Shown: positions 36,473 to 46,051, counted from the first letter of the stretch. The stretch: 47,817 nt of DNA from an uncultured archaeon (GCA_964600735.1 CAZRLL010000006.1:1-47817); one strand, 5' to 3'. A program made the numbers and translations. The notes: generated from the letters alone by a model not told the origin.

Positions 36473-38227
36473 TCAATAATCATCTCCTTTCATTTTTATT
36501 ACTTTTGTCAAATATTCCAAAATCTCAACATTCTCAATTCTTTCTCGAAGAGTAAGTGTTTCATCTGATAAATGCTTCCATTTTATTATAGTATCATTCA
36601 ACTTTAAAATCTGGCTTTCTACCCTTTTTTTCAAAATTAGATTTTGTTGGTTTTCCAAGGCTATTCTTAAGCTTTTTAGTAATTTATCTGCCTCTATAAA
36701 TTTTCCTTGAATTACCAGTAATTGCGTATTAATAATTGAGAATTGAAATATAAAGGCTAGCAGATTATGTTTTTGTGAATACACAATAACCTTTGATAGT
36801 AAGGATTGAATTTCTATCAAAACATCTGTATCTTTATATTCATTGTATTCGTTTAGAAGAAGCTCTAGATAATGAAAAAGAGCCCAAATTTGCAAATCTT
36901 TGGTGATAAATGAATCATCCATTTCCTTATTAATTAAATCTTCAAGAATTGATTGAGCTTTCACCTTTTTCGTAATTCGTGTTTCATACTTTAAGAGCAA
37001 TGCTTCAAACAATTTCATGTAGTAATCCATTTCTTTGAATTGACCAGGCGTGAATCTTTTTTTCAAGGAATTATAAAATTGAATTGCTTGATTAATTTTT
37101 TGATTCTCTAGCAATAAGATTAATTTGAAGTAATACCCTTCTATCAAGGTAAATAAATCTATTATTGATATTTTTTGTGATGCAACTATCGCGTAGGCTT
37201 CATTGCTAAACTGAATTGCTTTTGTATTATTTCCTAGCTGATAATGAATTTTCGATGCTCTAAAAAGAGTATGGCATAAACATCTGTGATCCTTAATTTG
37301 AAAATTTATCTTTAATGCTTCCTCAATCAGTTTTTTGGCTTCATCGAGCAATCCTAAAGAATAGTAGGTATCAGCCAACCACCTTTTTCCATAAGCAATA
37401 TGATGAATAATCTGTAGTTTTTCAGAAATTTTTACTGCATTTTCTAATAGAGGGATATTCTCTTTGTATTTACCTGCTAAAATCTGTAAATGTACAAAAC
37501 TATATACAATTCCAACGTAGATCCATGGAAATCCAGTTGACCGGTCTATTGTTTTTTCCAGTAATATCATAGCTTTTATTATATTTCCATTTACGATCTC
37601 TTTATAACTTAAAATCCAATAATAAATTAATTTTTCAAATTCCTTTTGGTTCAAGTTATTTGAATCTAAGATCTTAATATTTTTGTTAATTTCATTAATA
37701 TCTAAGCTAACTGTGTCGAGAAAGTTTTTGAATCCTAATGCATATATTGCAGAATATTTATCATCATCACCTAGGAAAATATTTACTGCATTTAAAATAT
37801 TCTGACTTCCCTCCTTGAAGACAGCAATATCAACTGAAGTATACGCTTCCACATAATGACTAACTAGTATATATCGAGCATTACTTGTTTTCAAAACATT
37901 TTTATCTTCATCAGATAGTTTTTCCCATTTACTTTCAAAGATACGCTTCTCATCCAAAATGTCTGGAAAATTCATAAATTTTAATAAGATCATCAATTTG
38001 GCTGATCTTGCTTCAATTTCAAGAATTGGGTCATCTAATTCAGAGATTTCATTTATCACGCCATTTATTATCTTTTCAGCATCAAATATTGTTTCATCAC
38101 ATTGCATTTCCAAAACTCTAGCTTCTAATATTTTAGCCTTAATTGGCAGCTCCTTTTTTGTAGATATAAGTTCCAAAGCTTGTTTATGATGTCCTTGTTT
38201 TAAATGATATTCAATATTTTCCAACAA
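36473..38227 (-). CDS. TPR/helical-repeat protein (584 aa)
   Basis: Repeated ~34-aa amphipathic helix pairs, e.g. ADTYYSLGLLDEAKKLIEEALKI and KIHYQLGNNTKAIQFSNEAYAI. Confidence 0.65.
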   Translation of the reverse strand: MLENIEYHLKQGHHKQALELISTKKELPIKAKILEARVLEMQCDETIFDAEKIINGVINEISELDDPILEIEARSAKLMILLKFMNFPDILDEKRIFESKWEKLSDEDKNVLKTSNARYILVSHYVEAYTSVDIAVFKEGSQNILNAVNIFLGDDDKYSAIYALGFKNFLDTVSLDINEINKNIKILDSNNLNQKEFEKLIYYWILSYKEIVNGNIIKAMILLEKTIDRSTGFPWIYVGIVYSFVHLQILAGKYKENIPLLENAVKISEKLQIIHHIAYGKRWLADTYYSLGLLDEAKKLIEEALKINFQIKDHRCLCHTLFRASKIHYQLGNNTKAIQFSNEAYAIVASQKISIIDLFTLIEGYYFKLILLLENQKINQAIQFYNSLKKRFTPGQFKEMDYYMKLFEALLLKYETRITKKVKAQSILEDLINKEMDDSFITKDLQIWALFHYLELLLNEYNEYKDTDVLIEIQSLLSKVIVYSQKHNLLAFIFQFSIINTQLLVIQGKFIEADKLLKSLRIALENQQNLILKKRVESQILKLNDTIIKWKHLSDETLTLRERIENVEILEYLTKVIKMKGDDY

Positions 38228-38417
38228 ATAGTATTCAATTCAATTAATAAAATAAAAATCATTCGATTAAATATCGACATCAATATTTCTATAGATTGTC
38301 AAATGCGTTCTCTATTTTTAGCGATCATAATCACTGCTAAATACACAACAAAGTATGCTCTTTCAAGAAGATTGAGTATCGTATTACTAAAGCCATAATC
38401 TGAAAATTTTTAATTTT

Positions 38418-38648
38418 TTACATGTCGCTTAACTTGTCTAATTCACCACTCTTGACCAATCGTTCAATCTCCGAGACTCTTGCTCTTTCCTTTTCATGTA
38501 GATAACTATCATCTATCAGAAGAAGTATCAATTTTTCAAGACGGATCATTCGTTTATGTATATCTTCCAGGGTGACCTTACTGGAGGTGTGGGTTTTTTT
38601 TGTGGGTTTCTTGGTTGCTTTTTTGGTTGTGCTTTTCTTCTTTGCCAT
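38418..38648 (-). CDS. Small protein with a Lys-rich N-terminal tail and a helical C-terminus
   Basis: MAKKKSTTKKATKKPTKKTHTSSK, followed by ~50 aa of helix-forming sequence. Confidence 0.45.
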   Translation of the reverse strand: MAKKKSTTKKATKKPTKKTHTSSKVTLEDIHKRMIRLEKLILLLIDDSYLHEKERARVSEIERLVKSGELDKLSDM

Positions 38649-40146
38649 AAATTAGAATAGATAATATTGATTGAAAACTTATTTGCTCTGCAGATAGATT
38701 TGTTTACGATTTTTCGATAAATTTGAGGTTTTTTGAAAAGCTCGTATAAAATTGCAATTGAATTTAGAAGTATAACAATACCATTTGAAACATCTGATAA
38801 TAATTGGTTTGTTAATCATTAGCATAAAATGAAGAATTAGTAAAATAGATAATAAAAGATGATCCGCATAAAATAAAATCGTATTAATATTCCTTATCGT
38901 GATAAAATTAAATACAACTATTTTCTTTAAATGTAATGGTATATACTTTCTGAATGTGATGTATTATACACAAATTAGGTGAATAGTAATAACAAATAAT
39001 TAATAAATTAATCAATCAATATAATTATTTAATGTAGGTGAAATGACTAATAAATAAAGGTGATAGTGGATTATATAGGATAAAATATTATGGATTCAAT
39101 CAATTATATATGATATATTGTGTGTATAATAATTAGAATATAAATAAATTGCCTTAATTAGAAATAAAATATGTTATAGTATAATAATAAATATTATAAT
39201 GCGGAAAATATCAATTTCGATATTTCGAAAAGAGGTAAACGTCCAAATAATAACCAAGAAATAGTCATAAATAACTTAATATATGAGCGTAAAACAATCA
39301 TATTACAATATATTAAAAGGCATATAATGAATAAACAAATGGGATAAATAAAGAATATAACAAAACATTATGTATATTAAATAATATAGGATAACGATTA
39401 AGATAAAATACAGAGATGTCTATCCATAACACGGATAATAGTGTGAGTAAAATAATTGGTTAAAACTATCTGAAATATAAATCGAGATTTATATAACTAT
39501 AATATAAATACAATACAGCCAATACCCATACTTAAGTACTAAATACAAATTAAATTAAAAACTATACTATAATATTCATTTTATAATTCAAATGGGTAAC
39601 CATGTAAATGTGAATAGAAGGTAAAACTAAAAACACAGTTAAGTAAATTATGATCGATTATGTGCTAATTGATAAGTTAAATTCCACTGGATCTGGTCTT
39701 CAAATTCACTACTTCATCAAAATATAGTTATATAAGAAAAAGTCATATTAAATAAGAAAATCTATAATGGATTAAGTATATTCAAAAATGAGAAAATATA
39801 GGCCAATAATATTAGTGATATTAAATATTTAATATAAATTAGTAAATTGTTAACTAATATTAATCAATTATTATGAAAATCTATTATTACACCTCTATTC
39901 ATCCCGGTATCATGATAATTAAGATACTGACCAGAGAGATTTGCAAACATTTTTAAGAAAATAACTATTATATATTCATATAATATATCTCGCTAGATAT
40001 GTTATTTTGCCATATGTGTTCGCTTAGCTGAGTACATTCCAGTACAATTTATCTGTTGATCACTGGAGAATTCGTATGATCACAGTACTCACTCGATTAC
40101 GATTGTTGAACGATGCTATGGTTGAACCGAGGAAATTCTTGGTTTT

Positions 40147-40212
40147 GCAATAAAGACGGCTTGAGAGTATGGTGATCTCATTTCTCTTTATTGCTCCTCT
40201 TTAGTTTTTTTT
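40147..40212 (+). terminator. Hairpin plus T8 tract on the + strand
   Basis: GCAATAAAGA (40147-40156) pairs perfectly with TCTTTATTGC (40185-40194). An inner GAGA/TCTC stem is also present. A run of 8 T lies at 40205-40212. There is no + strand ORF within the preceding 1.5 kb. Confidence 0.4.
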
Positions 40213-40219
40213 AAAATGA

Positions 40220-40591
40220 TTAATTGTATGTATCTTGGTATTTTTTCACAAGTTCGTTTATGTGTGGATTTTCAATGGTCTTGGCTATTTCCAAGACAAT
40301 CTCACTCAAATCCCTTAAGTGGTCTATCTGAGGTGATAATTTCTCCTGGTTTATTGCTTCCGTTTTTGATTCACCAACGTTGATAGGTATGTCTTCTTTT
40401 GCCTTGTAATGAATCGTATTATTGAATTCAAAGCGTGTTAAAACACCTTTTTCTACCAGTGATTCAAGCACATCCTTTACTTTAGCCGGTGTATATTTTG
40501 CAGCTAACCGAAAGTTCAATTCGAGTTCAGGAACAACCATACCAACGCTGGGAAATACTTCACCAATATCAAGTAATAGTTCTCTAGACAT
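40220..40591 (-). CDS. Hypothetical winged-helix-like protein
   Basis: 123 aa. KVKDVLESLVEKGVLTRFEFNNTIHYKA resembles a recognition helix plus wing. Confidence 0.5.
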   Translation of the reverse strand: MSRELLLDIGEVFPSVGMVVPELELNFRLAAKYTPAKVKDVLESLVEKGVLTRFEFNNTIHYKAKEDIPINVGESKTEAINQEKLSPQIDHLRDLSEIVLEIAKTIENPHINELVKKYQDTYN

Positions 40592-40852
40592 TTATTCTCC
40601 TCAATTATTTAGTCTATTTCCGTCTTTTTAGTTGGTCTATATTTTGTTTGTCATTATAAAATATCGGAAAAAATGTGCAGAATAATTTTCTTACCAAATT
40701 TTACCCCATGAATAAATCATCTAGGTTGTTGGTATAAAATTTATAGTTAAATCAACTATATCATTTAATTATCAATGATAATTCAAATTAATGTAAGGAT
40801 TAATATAGTAATAAATCTATATTAAGCTGAGGTTATATAAATTATTACCAAG

Positions 40853-41167
40853 TTGCCCAGTCCAGCTATAGAGATAATTAACCATCTTTCAAAACAGGAT
40901 TTTCAGGCACAAGAGGAAATTCGGGTAGCATTACCAGAGGTATCATATAAATCAATGAGGTATGCTATACGTCGCTTATTAGAAAATGGTATAGTTTATC
41001 GTGTACCTAACCTTCATGATATGCGCAGTGTCTCCTATCGTCTAGCCACTCAGGATGAGTTATCCACTGTCTTATCAAAACTGTCTGATAATCTGTTTTC
41101 CAAAGTTATCAAGGCAATGGAGATAAGCAATAATTATAATGATATGGGCGCAATTGAAGAAATATGA
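40853..41167 (+). CDS. Winged-helix DNA-binding protein (MarR/ArsR-like); TTG start assumed
   Basis: QEEIRVALPEVSYKSMRYAIRRLLENGIVYRVPNLHDMRSVSYRLA. Confidence 0.5.
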   Translation: MPSPAIEIINHLSKQDFQAQEEIRVALPEVSYKSMRYAIRRLLENGIVYRVPNLHDMRSVSYRLATQDELSTVLSKLSDNLFSKVIKAMEISNNYNDMGAIEEI

Positions 41168-41432
41168 ATAGTATCTGGATAATATATTAGATTTTATATG
41201 CAAGTAAAAATTGAATATTAAGGCATTTTTAGGTTTTTATCCATGAGAACTTGGAATAAGTTAATCATAAATATTTTTCACGAATTTGACCAAGAAATCC
41301 AATTTCATAGCTTTCAAAAGATAAATGAGGAGGATATACTTCTTTCCTTTATCTGTAATGAGATCCATTATACATTGGATCTGAATAAAAATATGAATAA
41401 ATCGAAGATTAACAAGTTAATAAAAAATAAAA

Positions 41433-42119
41433 TTAGAAATAAAATTCTTTTAGATCATCAATCAAACTAGTAGCTGCCATTCGTCGAGCTTCCTGTATGT
41501 TTTTTCCTTTACCATTTCTGTTAATAGTTCGACTATCAACAATAATTGAACATTGAATGGTGTAGATTGGATTATGTTCAGTTCCTTCTTTTTTGATGGT
41601 GTGATAACTAGGAATGTCGGATCCTCCTTTTTGTAATATCTCCTGTAATAGACCAATGGGGTTGAAGTAATCACTTTGTAATTCGAGGGCAATATTTTGC
41701 CAGTTCTCCCAAATTAAATCTAAAAAATCCTCACATGCTGATATTCCAGATTGTATATAAATGGCCCCAAAGAGTGATTCAATCACATTTGCAAGATCAC
41801 TATCCACAATGATGTAATTCTGAATAACTACTAATTCCTTTTCAAGGCCTAGATCTCTACCGAGGGTGCCTAGTATGTTATTATTAACCAATTCACTTCG
41901 TTTACGGGTTAATTCTCCTGAATCAGCGAGTAGATTGTCAAGCATTAAATGATCCAGGACGATTAGGTCAAGTACAGAATCTCCTAGGGTTTCCAATCTT
42001 TCCAAACTTGGGGCATCTGAATTATCTTGACCCATACTGGGGTGAGTAAGGGCCTGTCTAAGTAATCCATCTGGGAGTACAATATTGCATCGTGATAAAA
42101 TACTGTGTATATCAGCCAT
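41433..42119 (-). CDS. rnc: Ribonuclease III (class 1: catalytic domain plus dsRBD)
   Basis: Signature LERLETLGDSVLDLIV. C-terminal dsRBD-like NPIGLLQEILQK...YTIQC...GKGKNIQEARRMAATSLIDDL. Confidence 0.85.
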   Translation of the reverse strand: MADIHSILSRCNIVLPDGLLRQALTHPSMGQDNSDAPSLERLETLGDSVLDLIVLDHLMLDNLLADSGELTRKRSELVNNNILGTLGRDLGLEKELVVIQNYIIVDSDLANVIESLFGAIYIQSGISACEDFLDLIWENWQNIALELQSDYFNPIGLLQEILQKGGSDIPSYHTIKKEGTEHNPIYTIQCSIIVDSRTINRNGKGKNIQEARRMAATSLIDDLKEFYF

Positions 42120-42494
42120 AAACTCTACATATATGTGTTAATGGCGTCAGTAAAAAGATGTTTATTCTCGGGTATTGAATTTATAAAAAAATGAGATCAT
42201 CTAGGGTCACCATCAATAATATTCAAAGACATATGTCAATAAAAAGTACAATAAAAAGTAAATATAATACTAAAAATAAAACAAATAACAATCATAAATA
42301 ATGACAATAAACTAACTTTTACTCCATTGATTTACACATGTCGCTTAATTATGCCAATTAAATAAGCGAATAATGAGTTTAATGTAACTAGATGTAGACA
42401 TAAAAAACAACATAAAAACGATATTAAAAATAAACATAAAAAAGATATTAAACATGACCAACAACAACTTAAATTCATCCTGCAAAATAAAATT

Positions 42495-43064
42495 GTGGGT
42501 TCATTAGAACTGATAACAATTATGGGGAAACAGGTTCAAAGTGGAACCTATTTACTCCGGATTAGAGTAAATCAGCCATTGCAGCTAAAATTTGGAAGGT
42601 TTAAGGGAGGAAAACTGATTTATATTCCAAGAGGTGCATACGTCTATCTTGGCTCTGCATTAGCAGCCAAAGGGTCAAGTTCATTGAGTTATCGACTGAT
42701 GCGACACACAAAGAGGTCAATCAATAAATCATGTCATGAGATACAAAACCATTTAATTGCAGCAATGAACCAAAACAATCTTGGTAAAAGTAAATTAAAA
42801 CCTCCCGTGAAAAAAAAATTATTCTGGAATATAGATCACTTACTAGAGGATATGTCGGTGGAAATTACAAATATTTTTATCATTCGCAGTACCAAGAGAT
42901 ATGAAAGTATTATCAGCAATATGTTGATTGAAGATAAACATGTCTATGTTATTGAACAAGGTCTGGGTGCAAATGATTTCCCCAATGAGACTCACCTATT
43001 ATTGGTCAATGCCCACGTATCATGGTGGAACAATTTAGTCGTTCAATTGTCCAGATTAATTTAG
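42495..43064 (+). CDS. DUF123 (GIY-YIG-like) domain protein
   Basis: GTYLLRIRV...GAYVYLGSA...YRLMRH...FWNIDHL matches the DUF123 pattern (GxYxYvGSA, RH, WHIDYL). A ~35-aa insertion lies between RH and WNIDHL. The ATG at 42522 is a likelier start. Confidence 0.7.
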   Translation: MGSLELITIMGKQVQSGTYLLRIRVNQPLQLKFGRFKGGKLIYIPRGAYVYLGSALAAKGSSSLSYRLMRHTKRSINKSCHEIQNHLIAAMNQNNLGKSKLKPPVKKKLFWNIDHLLEDMSVEITNIFIIRSTKRYESIISNMLIEDKHVYVIEQGLGANDFPNETHLLLVNAHVSWWNNLVVQLSRLI

Positions 43065-43068
43065 AATA

Positions 43069-43728
43069 TCAAGATTTGGTGATTAAAAATCTACAGACAT
43101 TATCGCCAGCCACGATACGATGGCTAGTCTGTACATTGGTTTCCATTATTTCTTCAAGCAACTCCCGTTCAACAATACATGACTCGGGGAATTGTTTGGA
43201 TACGGCCAATATGGGACAGTTAAACTCAAGAAATTCATAACTAGATCTTCCTGGCATCATTTTTAATTCCACCATATACCCCTCCTTATTTCTTAAATTT
43301 GCTAGCGATTTTATCTTTTCATCAAATGATTTATTCCCAATTTGAAGTTTGTAATTTTCAAGTAGCTTGTTTTTTCGTCTTACCAGCGCATCCCGTACCG
43401 CGTTCCTCCCCAACTCCTCCTCAATAAATTCCAACATGGAACACGTGATTGAGGCATATGCTTTAGGAAAGATATCTGATGAATTTGGTGCCAATCTAAT
43501 GGCTAATCGAGGTCTGCCAATACCTCCCCTCTTTTCAAATCGCTCAATAATTTCCATCTCCTCAAGATCTGTTATGTGATTTAATACTCCCATCTTGGTA
43601 ATGCCCAATTCTTCAGATAAGGATGTCAGATCAATCTCAGCTTCCCTCTTCAGAATTACTAGTATTTGACGCTTGGTAGAACTAAATGCAGTTAATAAGG
43701 CTCTTTCGTCTATATTTTGTACTTTCAT
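43069..43728 (-). CDS. ArsR-family transcriptional regulator with a C-terminal sensor-like domain (COG2345-like)
   Basis: TKRQILVILKREAEIDLTSLSEELGITKMGVLNHITDLEEMEIIERFEKRGGIGRPRLAIRL. Confidence 0.7.
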   Translation of the reverse strand: MKVQNIDERALLTAFSSTKRQILVILKREAEIDLTSLSEELGITKMGVLNHITDLEEMEIIERFEKRGGIGRPRLAIRLAPNSSDIFPKAYASITCSMLEFIEEELGRNAVRDALVRRKNKLLENYKLQIGNKSFDEKIKSLANLRNKEGYMVELKMMPGRSSYEFLEFNCPILAVSKQFPESCIVERELLEEIMETNVQTSHRIVAGDNVCRFLITKS

Positions 43729-43869
43729 AGGTAAATTCTACCAGTAAATATCTCAAATTTACTGGCAAATAACTGTTTTATAATTTATATGCCTGTTTAT
43801 TGATAAAAGCGTTAAAAAATGAAATAATCGTTCCTGTTGAATAATTTATGAAATGAATCCCAATAAATT

Positions 43870-44532
43870 TCAGATTTGATTCAAATATAGACGAATTAAT
43901 TGCATTTTTAAAGGCAACATTTCAACAGAGCAGGATACAACTGCGTGATCCCCTTCAATGCTTAATCCATAATCCATAGCACTAGAGTGCAGGGGCAGAA
44001 AAATAGTAATTAAAGGATTCAACAATCCCCTGATGTTTATACTGATCGTTTCATCAATTTTCCAGGATTTACCAATCATCTGAGCGATAGCTGGAAAACC
44101 AGCTAATTGGAATGCTTGGTTCAAATACACCCGAAAATCGCCCCCATTATACAGGAAAAGGTAATTCAATATAATTAGTGCAAAAAATAAGATAGCAATA
44201 ATTATGAATTGAGTACTAGTTAAAAGAATTGTTTGTATATCAATATTACCATCGATTACCCAACCACCATCAACAGCTGCCTGATCGCCTACTGTCTCAG
44301 CCTTCTCTTCAGTAAACTGTATTTCTGTCTCATCTTGAGTAATAGACGTGGTATTGGTTGAAGTTGTATTTGTTGTGGAATAAGACTGCTGCGAGGTATC
44401 TGAGGTTTGATCCTCCTTTTCACCAACCGGTGTATCTGGGGTTGCTTGACTCACAATTGCTAAGGTGATTACACTCAGTAAAATGGAAACAAAAACCATC
44501 TTCTTTACTGAAAATATGTTTAGTTCCTTCAA
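43870..44532 (-). CDS. Membrane protein with a Thr/Ser-rich extracellular linker
   Basis: N-terminal anchor, then TSDTSQQSYSTTNTTSTNTTSITQ, then a second TM segment. A 4-nt ATGA overlap with the upstream wHTH gene. Confidence 0.55.
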   Translation of the reverse strand: MKELNIFSVKKMVFVSILLSVITLAIVSQATPDTPVGEKEDQTSDTSQQSYSTTNTTSTNTTSITQDETEIQFTEEKAETVGDQAAVDGGWVIDGNIDIQTILLTSTQFIIIAILFFALIILNYLFLYNGGDFRVYLNQAFQLAGFPAIAQMIGKSWKIDETISINIRGLLNPLITIFLPLHSSAMDYGLSIEGDHAVVSCSVEMLPLKMQLIRLYLNQI

Positions 44533-44909
44533 AATCTCCTCTCCATCAACATTTTGCTTAGATTGTCTGTATATTCTTCTCCCTCATTTATGGCAAGTTC
44601 AATTAAATCAGCCATCACTGGGTGGTGTGGTGATAGTTGAATTGAGAAATGTTTTGTTTTGATTCGGTCGATTATAATGTAGTTAGCACTTTCAAGTTCA
44701 TCTAGTACCCCTCGATATATTATTCGTGCTTTTTTTGAGTAACCCAAAAGCATGGTTAACTCGGATGCTGAAATTCTCTGTGGCGATAGATGTGCTAGTA
44801 TCAGTAAAATCTTTAGTTTTAATGGTTCTAAACTAGTAAATACCATCAACAACTGATAAAATTTTGATTGATCGTACACCATTTGATCAATCGATAATAC
44901 TCTTAACAA
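44529..44909 (-). CDS. Small winged-helix regulator
   Basis: LKILLILAHLSPQRISASELTMLLGYSKKARIIYRGVLDELESANYIIIDR. Overlaps the downstream membrane-protein gene. Confidence 0.55.
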   Translation of the reverse strand: MLRVLSIDQMVYDQSKFYQLLMVFTSLEPLKLKILLILAHLSPQRISASELTMLLGYSKKARIIYRGVLDELESANYIIIDRIKTKHFSIQLSPHHPVMADLIELAINEGEEYTDNLSKMLMERRF

Positions 44910-45110
44910 ATTGTTTCATATAATATATTATTTTCATCACACAAGTTATTATTTGTGCGCATTTGGCACAACTAAGGCAAATCATCAGCCTGAAAAAAAA
45001 TCCTCTGTTCTATGAAAGGATTTCAAAAATCATAATGAATAATCTAGTTCAAGCTCCTTTTGTGTAAAATATGGGCTAATCACTTATTAATCCATATAAA
45101 ATCCAAAATT

Positions 45111-46049
45111 ATGAAATTAGGACTTTATATTCACGGTTCATCACCATTTAGACCTAAAGAAAGTATTTCTGAATACATTGAACTAGCAAGTCAATATGAA
45201 AAAGCAGGTTTTCACTCATTGTGGTTTGCGGATCATATGATAAGAACTCCAGATCCAAATAAAAGTCCATTATATGAGACTTGGTCACTAATATCTGGAT
45301 TATCTATGGTTACAGATAAAATCAAGCTTGGCACTCTGGTTTCTCCGGTTACATTCCGAAATATTGGTTTATTTGCAAAGATGATCTCGACAATTGATCA
45401 TCTTAGCAATGGTCGGGTTATAGTCGGATTGGGTAATGGTTGGTATGATAAAGAGCATTCCATTTTTAATATCCCGTTTGATTCCCTTGGGAAAAGAATG
45501 GATTTACTTGAATCATATGTAATAAATTTAATTGCTTTATGGACCCAAGATTTAGTCACTTCATCAGGTATCATCACGTTAAAAAACGCTTACCTCAACC
45601 CTCAACCCATCCAAAAATATCCTCCAATTTTAATAGGTGGTGGTGGTGAGAAACGAACTTTGAAAATGGTTGCTAAATATGCCCAAATGTCAAATTTTGG
45701 AGGTTCAGTGGAAGTATTGCAACATAAGCTCACTGTTCTTGAAAATCATTGTTCAGATGTGGGTAGAGATTTTTATGATATCATCACAACATGCAATAGG
45801 GCTGCAATTATTGGCAAGAATAAGGAAGATACTAAATTAGCAATAGATAAGTATCGTCTAAGGCTCTCCAAATTGGGCATGAATGTGCCATCGCTGAATG
45901 ATTTTGGAAAGAATCGGTTGGTAGGGACATTATCCGAGATTGGAGAGCAAATGGATCGGCTAAAAGAAATTGGTATAAACATTTTAATACTCACATTAAA
46001 TGATGCCCAATCAGAAAAACATGCCTCAGAATTAATATCTTTTAACTAA
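45111..46049 (+). CDS. Luciferase-like (LLM class) flavin/F420-dependent oxidoreductase
   Basis: MKLGLYI..., AGFHSLWFADHM, LGTLVSPVTFRN, SNGRVIVGLGNGW. Start set to the ATG at 45111 rather than the upstream TTG. Confidence 0.85.
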   Translation: MKLGLYIHGSSPFRPKESISEYIELASQYEKAGFHSLWFADHMIRTPDPNKSPLYETWSLISGLSMVTDKIKLGTLVSPVTFRNIGLFAKMISTIDHLSNGRVIVGLGNGWYDKEHSIFNIPFDSLGKRMDLLESYVINLIALWTQDLVTSSGIITLKNAYLNPQPIQKYPPILIGGGGEKRTLKMVAKYAQMSNFGGSVEVLQHKLTVLENHCSDVGRDFYDIITTCNRAAIIGKNKEDTKLAIDKYRLRLSKLGMNVPSLNDFGKNRLVGTLSEIGEQMDRLKEIGINILILTLNDAQSEKHASELISFN

Positions 46050-46051
46050 AA

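Noticed and set aside
38649-40219. The idea that the ORF-free islands are coding under a reassigned stop codon
   Set aside because: In the segments I translated by hand (for example around 39040-39150), TAA, TAG and TGA all occur in the same frame. No single reassignment opens a reading frame.
41243-41470. 75-aa + strand ORF overlapping the 3' end of rnc
   Set aside because: N/K/I-rich low-complexity translation with no motif. It overlaps the well-supported RNase III dsRBD-coding end.
43022-43240. 72-aa + strand ORF spanning the DUF123 stop and antisense to the ArsR-family gene
   Set aside because: A shadow frame of two well-supported genes.
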